Assembly (NCBI GenBank): GCA_963714275.1
Contig: CAVQNT010000002.1
Location: 800,001 to 864,000 of the forward strand
DNA length: 64,000 bases
Reading direction: 5' to 3'
Source: Candidatus Bathyarchaeota archaeon
GTDB taxonomy: Archaea; Thermoproteota; Bathyarchaeia; Bathyarchaeales; DTEX01
Shown here: one piece after another, positions 55,969 through 64,000 of the stretch
Position numbering within the stretch: position 1 is the stretch's first letter
How the letters are laid out: each line of letters opens with the position of its first letter
Translations under genes and position numbers: made by a program
Notes under the pieces: generated by a model
What the model saw: the letters and a program-made list of their open reading frames with translations, nothing else
What the model was told of the DNA's origin: nothing
Database searches by the model: none

Positions 55969-56836
55969 TTAGACAATACATCTGTCTGGAAGTCTGTCAC
56001 GTCTAAAGACAATAATCGGCGTGTGCCTAAAGTTTCTCAGCATACTCCAAGTTACTTCAGTAATACCAACCCCGAATTTATCAGCCATGACCCAAACTGT
56101 TCGCCCAGCGCCTGACCCTCGACGCTTGTGGGCAACCTCAGCTGAAATCCAAGGCTGCTTCGATGTCCATTTTTGTACCAGCAACAGCCAGAGGTGTTGA
56201 CCTCCGTTTCAAACGCAAAATCCTTCCAACAACATAGGCAACGAAACCAAATGTGCGAATGCCCCCCAGCGGTTTCGGTCTGTGCGTAAAATGGAATCCA
56301 CCGAAAGAATATGTCTTGTCTGTGTCCACAATCATCACTGCGACCTTCTTACCAAGTATTTTCTTCAGGTAAAGACGGATCTCCTCAGCCGCAGTGAACG
56401 GATCGTCAAGAGGCAAACTAACAAACGAGTATGGAAGATTGCTGGCGTCAATTCCGCCTTCGGAACCCCAAAGCAAAGCTTCCAGGAAACCCGCATACCA
56501 CAAGGCAACCTGCTTGTGAACGCTTCCTTCCTTTAACGGGTAGGCTCGCAGTCGCATTACGTTTTCTTTTTTTAGGCTGCAAGCCTGTCCGAGGAAATAT
56601 CCCCAGATAATTCTCATCCAGAACCGTGTTAACAGTCTAGCCATTTTTCCTGGCTGCACATTTTTTTCGTTTATGATGCGTCCTTTTGCTGTTGATAACG
56701 CTTTTTCAGAAACCGCGACGATGTCTCCGTCCTCGACTTTACCGTCAAGAGCCTTCGCTATGATTTCCGAATAATTATGCCCAGGCATCCAGTACTCAGT
56801 TTCAACTGCCTTAGCTAGGTATTGGAGTCTCTTCAT
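55969..56836 (-). CDS. Coenzyme F420-0:L-glutamate ligase-like protein (CofE family); frameshift near 56143
   Basis: DGDIVAVSEKA, GGIDASN, IVDTD, TPLAV. Confidence 0.7.
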
Positions 56837-57027
56837 TGTATGATATTACAAAAAGTAGACAAGTTTGCTTAAATATAACACAAAGCTACGCGTAATTGTG
56901 GTTATTGCCATTCATAATTCCTTTTAAACTAGATTGGTCTGTTAGTAGTTTGCTTTTTTGGGCTAAACCGAATGGCTTTATAGGAAAGAGACTTTCTATT
57001 TTTAAGGGTTTTCGGGGATCCTGAAGC

Positions 57028-58752
57028 ATGAACAGTCTTTCATTGGAGGGTTCAAAACGGAACGAAATTTTGACAGTTTGTAAGGAAGAAGCATCAAAAC
57101 TGAAGATTGTTGCTGCTTTACGTTATGATTCATTTCTACACATTCCTAAGGACAAGAAACGAGGCTTCAGTGTTCTTTTAATTCTTGATTCTCCGAAGCT
57201 GATTCTAAGGCATCGGGTAAAACCTCTTAAGGACGGAGAAGTTTCACTTCTGGTGGTTGATAGGAAAACCTTCGAAAAGGACGTTGAGAACGACTGGTTA
57301 GGCGGGCTTTTAGTCGAGAATTTGCTTACGCCTTACGAAAGTTTGGTTAACGAAGACTTTTTGTGGCAAAAGGAGATTCAAGCGAAAAAAAGGTTGGTCA
57401 CCGAGATTCTCGACAACCTTGTTCTTGGGTATCCAGAAATGTCTCATGAGCTCATGATTGAGCCTGAATATTTCATGTATGAGGCGATGGCTCGTAAAGT
57501 ATCTCTGTATCCGCCCATAATGTATAAATTTTTGAAGATACTTGAGGGCGACTCTAAAGTTGAGAACTTACACTCGATAAAGAAAGGGTTCGATGCTGCT
57601 TTAAAAATGGCAGCTGAAGAGGGAATCGTGGAACAAACTGATAGATACGTCAAAATCTTGCCAAAACACATCAATGCCGCTAAGAGAAGAAGAAGGCGCG
57701 CGCTTTCCCTTCTAAAGAACGCACGGGCATCAATGCTTCGTCACAGCTTAGAGGTTTTCCCGAAAATGATGCGTTCGCTGATGGATGAATACGGGGTGTA
57801 TGTTGAACGTTTCATGGACCCTGAAAGCCTTAAGATGATGCGTCTACCTGAACTTGAAGACACGAAAAAATACATCTTTATCCCTACTTCGCTGGGACTT
57901 GTGTCTTACTCAGAAAAAGTGACCATTGAAGATTTTATGCGAAAAATCTTTCCTGAAAGCCGAGATTTAAAGGCAGACCCTGAGAAGCTGGGGGGTGTAT
58001 TAAACGCTGTCTACGCTTTGAAAATTCAAAGGTTAGGTAAAGAACGGAGGGTTGTGGTGAAATCTTTTAAGGATTGGTATGGGTGGAAATGGTTCCCGCT
58101 AGCGTTGTGGGCTATTGGCACCAGAGGGTTCTCGGTTCGTGGAAAGTCGAGGTTGGAAAGAGAGTATTCCATAAACCGTTACTTAGCAAAAAATGGCTGC
58201 AATGTTCCTTTGCTTATTCATGTGAGCCCGAAGGAAAAACTGATTTTTCAGGAGTATATTGAAGGCGAAAACCTCGCGAACCTAATTAAAAGGATTTACT
58301 CGTCAAAACATGAAGATCAAAAACTCACTAGCATACTCAAGCAGGTTGGAAGCGAGATTGCTAAGATTCATGGGCTTGATGTGGCTTTGGGGGATTGTAA
58401 GCCCGAAAACATCATAGTCGGTCAGGACGGCAGAATCTGGTTTGTGGACCTTGAGCAGGCTGAAAGAGGCGGAGACCAAGCGTGGGACTTGGCGGAGTTT
58501 CTCTATTATTCGGGACGTTACGCTTTGCTTTCGTCCATTGAGACGACACAGGCAGTAACCAAAGCATTCATTGAAGGATACTTGGAGGCTGGCGGAAAAA
58601 TTGTGAATGTGCGAAAAGTAAGGTCCCCCAAGTACATTAAGGTTTTCAGTTTCTTTGCGTCTCCACATATCCTTTATGTTATTTCAAATGTTTGCGGGGA
58701 AAAATTGAGGGATGCAGAAGCAACCGTGAAAAAAGACCATATTAGTCCTTAA
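57028..58752 (+). CDS. Multidomain protein: degenerate nucleotidyltransferase-like N-terminus plus Kdo/Bud32-like kinase
   Basis: VVKSF, QEYIEG, H...GDCKPENI, FVDLEQA, DLAE. Confidence 0.7.
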   Translation: MNSLSLEGSKRNEILTVCKEEASKLKIVAALRYDSFLHIPKDKKRGFSVLLILDSPKLILRHRVKPLKDGEVSLLVVDRKTFEKDVENDWLGGLLVENLLTPYESLVNEDFLWQKEIQAKKRLVTEILDNLVLGYPEMSHELMIEPEYFMYEAMARKVSLYPPIMYKFLKILEGDSKVENLHSIKKGFDAALKMAAEEGIVEQTDRYVKILPKHINAAKRRRRRALSLLKNARASMLRHSLEVFPKMMRSLMDEYGVYVERFMDPESLKMMRLPELEDTKKYIFIPTSLGLVSYSEKVTIEDFMRKIFPESRDLKADPEKLGGVLNAVYALKIQRLGKERRVVVKSFKDWYGWKWFPLALWAIGTRGFSVRGKSRLEREYSINRYLAKNGCNVPLLIHVSPKEKLIFQEYIEGENLANLIKRIYSSKHEDQKLTSILKQVGSEIAKIHGLDVALGDCKPENIIVGQDGRIWFVDLEQAERGGDQAWDLAEFLYYSGRYALLSSIETTQAVTKAFIEGYLEAGGKIVNVRKVRSPKYIKVFSFFASPHILYVISNVCGEKLRDAEATVKKDHISP

Positions 58753-58777
58753 CGAATATAATTTGTGAGGGAAAGAA

Positions 58778-60133
58778 ATGGAAACCACGACTTTGACCTT
58801 CTATGGCGGAATAAACGAGATAGGCGGAAACAAAATTCTCTTGAAAGATGGAAAAGCAAAGGTGTTTTTTGATTTCGGGCAGTCCTTTACGATGGGAATA
58901 AACTTTTTTACTAGTTCGCTTGGACCAAGATGGCTTTGTGGCTTAAAGGATTACTTTGAGTTTGGTTTGATGCCGAAATTAAAGGGACTCTACAGCGAAA
59001 AGCAACTAATGTACACCGATCTAAGTTATTCTAAGCCAAATTTTGATGCTGTTTTTCTTTCACACGCCCACTTCGACCATACAGCGCACATATGTTTCAT
59101 AGACGAGAAAATTCCAGTGTTTTGCGGATCAGGAACCAAGTCTTTCTAGAATCGATGGAGGAAACCACCTTATCATCACTTGGAGAACACCCTTACCAGA
59201 CATTCAGAACAGGCAGCGCCATAGAAATTGACCCGTTAAAGGTTGAACCCATTCACGTAGACCATTCCATACCGGGAGCCTATGGCTTCATAATTCACAC
59301 TTCGGAAGGAGAAATTATCTACACTGGAGATTTAAGAGCTCATGGTCCAAAAAAGGAGATGACGGAAGAATTCGTCGCAAAAGCATGTGAGTGTAAGCCA
59401 ACTGCCATGATTACTGAGGGAACGCGAATTGTCGAAAAAAGACCTCGGGCTAATTATTCCGAATCTAAGGTTAAAGAAAAGAGCAACGAGATAGTTTCCA
59501 GCACAAATAAGATAGTCTTCGTCACGCATCACGGTCGAGACATTGACAGATTTAGAACTATATACGAAGTGACAAAGCAGAATGACAGGAAGATAGTCAT
59601 TTTTCCAAGATTGGCTTATCTTTTGAAAAAGCTCTGTTGAAGACGAACATCTAGACTTTCCTGATCCTCTGAAAGACAAAAACATACTTGTTTATTTCAA
59701 GAGGAAGAAAACTGGAACCTTCATTGAGGAAGACTACTACCTCTGGGAAAGAAACTTCATGCAAAGAATGGTTACAGCGGATGACGTACACACAAACCAA
59801 AGCGGATTAGTGATGGATTTGGATTTCTACCAGTTCGGGGAGCTCATAGACATCAAGCCAGACAAGGGAAGCCACTTCATTCACAGCATGAGTGAGCCTT
59901 TCAGCGAAGAAGACATAGAAGACCGGGTAATGCATAACTGGCTTAACCACTTCAAAATCAAGTTTCACCAGCTCCACGCCTCTGGGCACATGAACAGACA
60001 AGAACTCATGGAGATGGTTGAACGCATCAATCCAAAGAAGGTGTTCCCTGTTCACACGGAGAATCCTGCCTTTTTCAAAAAAACAAAAAAGAAAACTGTG
60101 GTTATCGAAAAAGGAAAAACTTACACACTGTGA
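58778..60133 (+). CDS. Beta-CASP metallo-beta-lactamase ribonuclease (RNase J-like); two frameshifts
   Basis: GGINEIGGN, SHAHFDH, VDHSIPG, YTGD, TEGT, HASGH, PVHTE. Confidence 0.88.
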
Positions 60134-60309
60134 TTCGTTTAATGCGACGGGAAATAGTTCATGTTCGAGGGGGACGCTAGTAAGATTTTTTCTTGCAAAT
60201 GATTTTTTTGGTTTTGTTGGATTCAGCCTTCGTCTTTTGACCATAATCCTTAACAAAAGGCAGCCACTCAACATTAACAGAACGCGACATTTACAGGCAG
60301 GAATCCTCA

Positions 60310-61126
60310 TTGGAAAATGTTATTCAGGAAGGAAGCAACGTGCTTCTGTTTTTGGACAAGCGGAGAAGCTACTTGGTTAAGGTTGAGAAGGGAAGGGACC
60401 TTCACACGCATAAGGGCTTCATTCACCTTAGCGACCTGATAGGCAAGGAATACGGCACACGGGTCAAAAGCAGCTTGAAGGTGGAGTTTGTGGCTCTTAA
60501 TCCAAGCATCAGAGACTACGTTTTCAAGATGACGAGAAAAACGCAGATAATTTACCCGAAAGACATCGCACTCATCACCATGTTCAGCAACATTCAGCCT
60601 GGAAGCCGAATCGTCGAAGCAGGAACAGGAACAGGAGCCTTAACCACAGCGTTAGCTCAGCTACGTTAAACCCTCGGGACGCATCTACAGTTACGAAATT
60701 AGGACAGAATTCCTTCAGGCAGCAGCAAAAAACCTTGAAAAAACCAGCGTCACCGAGTACGTTGAACTGAAAAATCAGGATGTGACGCAGGGAATCCAAG
60801 AAAAAGAGGCGGACGCTGTGGTTTTGGACTTAGCAACGCCTTGGCTCGTTGTTCCTCACGCTTATACTGCGTTGAAGGGAAGCGGAATACTTGTCTCGTT
60901 CAGCCCAACAATCGACCAAGTGGTTAAAACGGTTGAGGCATTAGAGGAAACAGGATTCGTGGACATAGAAACCGTTGAATGCCTACTCAGGGGAATGCAG
61001 ATTGAAAGAGGAAAGACGAGACCTGAAACATTAATGACCGCCCACACGGGCTACATCACCCACGCAAGGAAGGCAATGCCATCAAGTGCTGAGTCTTTGG
61101 AGCAAATTTCAAAGGAAAAACCATAA
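60310..61126 (+). CDS. trmI: tRNA (adenine-57/58-N1)-methyltransferase; frameshift near 60660
   Basis: RKTQIIYPKD, EAGTGTGALT, LDLATPW, HTGYI. Confidence 0.92.
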
Positions 61127-61224
61127 AGACATGTATTTTTTTCTGCATAAAACGTTTAAGGAAGGGCACAAGTCTATTGCTTAACCTTTCAAAAAAGTTT
61201 AGTGAACAATCAGGAGTTCATTGA

Positions 61225-61914
61225 TTGCTGAAAGCTGAATCTGAAAAGGAAACTCTGTTACAAAAAATAAAGAATCTTAGAAAAAACGGAATATTCGCTA
61301 CACTGCTGCTTCTTCTCTTTATCTTGTTCACTAACTTCGTTATTCAGGGAGCCTTAACTTTGATTCTTAAGACCTCTCGACCTCTTCACACGCCGATATC
61401 TGGAAGCATGGAGCCGACACTGAACATTGGCGACTTGCTCGTAATTCAAGGCGGAATAACAGGAGAATCCGTGTATGCTCATACAGGTGATGGTGACATC
61501 ATTATTTTCCGTGATCCGAGAAACCCGGATGGTATCCCTATTGTTCACAGAGCCGTTGATAAGTACATAGTTGGAGACACCTGGTACATTGTAACGAAAG
61601 GAGACAACAACCCTACAGTGGACGATTGGTCGTGGTATGGTTTCCCGAGAGGAGGAAACTATAGTGTTGCAGGTCACCCTGAAAGTTATATAATAGGCAA
61701 AGTAATCTTTTGGGTTCCCTACTTGGGATATTTTTTAAGGGCGTTTGACGAGACCGCGATAAACCTCGGCGTGTTCGCCATCTCCCTTAGGCAGTTTCTC
61801 ATCATAATTTTGCTTGTGGCACTCGTTTACCTTGAATTAACAGGTTCAGAGGAAGAAACAAAGAAGCCGCAGGAAACTGAAAAGCAGGAAAATACAGAAC
61901 AAATGGCGAAATGA
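61225..61914 (+). CDS. Signal peptidase I (Sec11-type)
   Basis: SGSMEP, GDL, IVHR, TKGDNN, VPYLG. Confidence 0.9.
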   Translation: MLKAESEKETLLQKIKNLRKNGIFATLLLLLFILFTNFVIQGALTLILKTSRPLHTPISGSMEPTLNIGDLLVIQGGITGESVYAHTGDGDIIIFRDPRNPDGIPIVHRAVDKYIVGDTWYIVTKGDNNPTVDDWSWYGFPRGGNYSVAGHPESYIIGKVIFWVPYLGYFLRAFDETAINLGVFAISLRQFLIIILLVALVYLELTGSEEETKKPQETEKQENTEQMAK

Positions 61915-61999
61915 ACCATTAAGTATAAATTACCCTTTATAAATTCCTTTATAAAGACCAAAACAAAACCGCTAAACTTTTATATTAGAAGGTGACTGG

Positions 62000-62561
62000 A
62001 TGTCGCAAGTTACAGCAAAAGTGAAAATAGAAAACGTGGTTGCCTCTGCAACCTTGAACCAGAAGATTGACCTTAAAGCCGTTGTGAAAAGTTACCCGGG
62101 CGTTGAATACCGACCGGAACAGTTTCCAGGATTGGTTTTCAGGCTTAAGAAACCGAAAACTGCCACCCTCATTTTCAATTCGGGCAAGATGGTTTGCACC
62201 GGAGCGAAGTCCGAGAAGGAATCCCGCGGAGCAGTCATGAAGGTCATCAAAGAACTCAAGAAAAGCGGAATCGTAATAATCAGCAAACCTGAGCTTAAGA
62301 TACAGAACATTGTCAGCTTCAGCAAACCTCGGCGGAATGATAGACCTTGAGAAGTCAGCTTTCACACTTGGGAAAACCATGTATGAGCCTGAACAGTTTC
62401 CTGGCTTAATCTTCCGCATGGACGACCCGAAGGTTGTTATCCTGCTTTTCGCCAGCGGTAAACTGGTTTGCACCGGAGCCAAAAAAGAAGAGGATGTCTA
62501 CAAGGCTGTGGATAAGCTGCATCGGCGGCTTGAAAGAGAAGAACTAATTTACTACGCGTAG
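62000..62561 (+). CDS. tbp: TATA-box-binding protein; frameshift near 62314
   Basis: IENVVAS, Y.PEQFPGL twice, GK.VCTGAK twice. Confidence 0.97.
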
Positions 62562-63674
62562 TGTTGAAGGTTTTGCAGGTTTCAAAGCCAGCTGCGCTGA
62601 TGAAAAAGTTTCGTCATCACATGTTAAGGGAGATTTTCGATGAGCCCGCTGTGTTGAGGGCAACCATTGAGGCTGAGGTGGACAACACCCGGAAGATAGC
62701 TCAGGCAGTCAAATCTGAAGGATATGAGATGTTCTACATTACGGGAAGCGGAACAAGCTTATCATGCTGGACTGGCCAGCCAATATGCGTTGTCGAAACT
62801 GACGAACCTGTCTACAAGCATTCTTCCAGCGTCAGAGTTTCAGCGTTGGGTTCCAACTAGATTGCCAAAAAAGGTTCTGTTGATGGCTATCTCGCAGTCC
62901 GGTGAGAGCTCCGACATCATTGATGCTGCTGAGGCTGCTGTGGACCGAGGGATGACGTTGTTGGCTGTGACGAACACTCCTGAAAGTAGGCTTGCGAAAA
63001 TGTCGAATTATCATCTTCTCCCAAGGTCAGGTCTTGAGAAGGCTGTCCCAGCGACGAAGACTTATGTCACGCAGCTCATGTCCATTTTCATGTTTTCTGT
63101 GGAGCTCGCTGAAGGAATCCTGAGCGCGAACGAGTTGTACCGAATAAGAAAAGGGCTTTATGAGGCGCCGCAGCTTCTCGAACAAACTTTGCAATCAAGC
63201 ACTCAAATCCAGAAAATTGCGGAGAAATATAAACAGAAGAACGTCATTTTCATTTTGGGCAGCGGACCAAATTATGCGACTGCGCTTGAAGCAGCCTTGA
63301 AGTTGAAAGAGACATGTATGGTCTTCGCTGAGGGGTTTGCTACACGAGAGTTCCTGCACGGTCCTATGAGGCTAGTTGACGAGAGAACCTTGATAATTAT
63401 GCTCGTTTCTCCAAACGAGTTCAAAACTGAGATTGAAATATGCAAAAGCCTGAGAAGCTTCGGTGCTTCTGTTTTGTTAATTTCGGAAAAAGGGCTAAGT
63501 TTCTCTAACATGCTAGAGGCAGCAGACGATGTTGTTTTGGTTCCTAACGGGCTGCCTGATGTTTTTTCGCCACTGTTGCACGTTGTTCCCAATCATCTGT
63601 TCGCATATTATAGTTCCGTGAACAGAGGATTAAATCCTGATAAGCCTGAAAAATTAACGAAGGTGGTGAAATAA
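62561..63674 (+). CDS. Double-SIS protein (GlmS isomerase-domain-only / GlmD-like); frameshift near 62760
   Basis: MLREIFDEP, GSGTS-YHA, ISQSGES, ATKTY, ALKLKE, HGP, NPDKPEKLTKVV. Confidence 0.85.
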
Positions 63675-63676
63675 GA

Positions 63677-64000
63677 TTGAAAGTAAAAGCCGTAATCTTC
63701 GACATTGAGGACACGCTGTACGATTTGTCTCTGCAAATGAGGATGACGAGGCTGAATGCAGTTAGAGCCATGATTGGAGCGGGTCTTCCAATAGATTTGG
63801 AGATAGGATACAAGACGCTTGAAGATATAGCCAACCAGTATGGACCACACTACACGAGACACTTTGACAACTTGCTTGAACGTCTAGGATTAAGATGGAA
63901 CCCGAGAGTCATAGCCGCAGGAGTCGTTGCATACCGAGAGACAAGCGAGGTTTACCTGAAACCTTTCTCCGACACGATTCCGACACTGGTTAAGCTGCGA
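63677..64000 (+). CDS. HAD-superfamily hydrolase (cut by the window end)
   Basis: MKVKAVIFDIEDTLYD...NAVRAMIGAGL...IAAGVVAY. Confidence 0.8.
   Translation, partial: MKVKAVIFDIEDTLYDLSLQMRMTRLNAVRAMIGAGLPIDLEIGYKTLEDIANQYGPHYTRHFDNLLERLGLRWNPRVIAAGVVAYRETSEVYLKPFSDTIPTLVKLR

Overview
Archaeal chromosome segment, most consistent with Bathyarchaeia or a related TACK lineage (inferred from gene content). Housekeeping content includes rpoE1-spt4-DUF359-rps24e-rps27ae, SepRS, TyrRS, ProRS, radA, aRqcH, tfs-PCNA-priL-priS-GINS, aIF2beta, TBP, an unlinked 23S rRNA with a BHB processing stem, intron-containing tRNA-Ser(TGA) and tRNA-Cys(GCA). It also carries sugar/amino-sugar genes, an ETF-lactate dehydrogenase-like operon and an S-layer-like locus. 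Main findings: (1) a ~2.5 kb low-GC element bounded by perfect 38-bp direct repeats sits in the 3' end of the protein-coding tfs gene; its tyrosine integrase is split by the att site (SSV-type int(N)/int(C)), so the att sequence encodes TFS in one frame and integrase in another. (2) About 20 of roughly 30 frameshifts lie in or beside AGCT, suggesting methylation-driven long-read errors rather than pseudogenes. (3) A two-copy, module-permuted non-coding repeat lies at ~14.2 kb and ~25.9 kb. All product calls come from motif recognition, not database searches.
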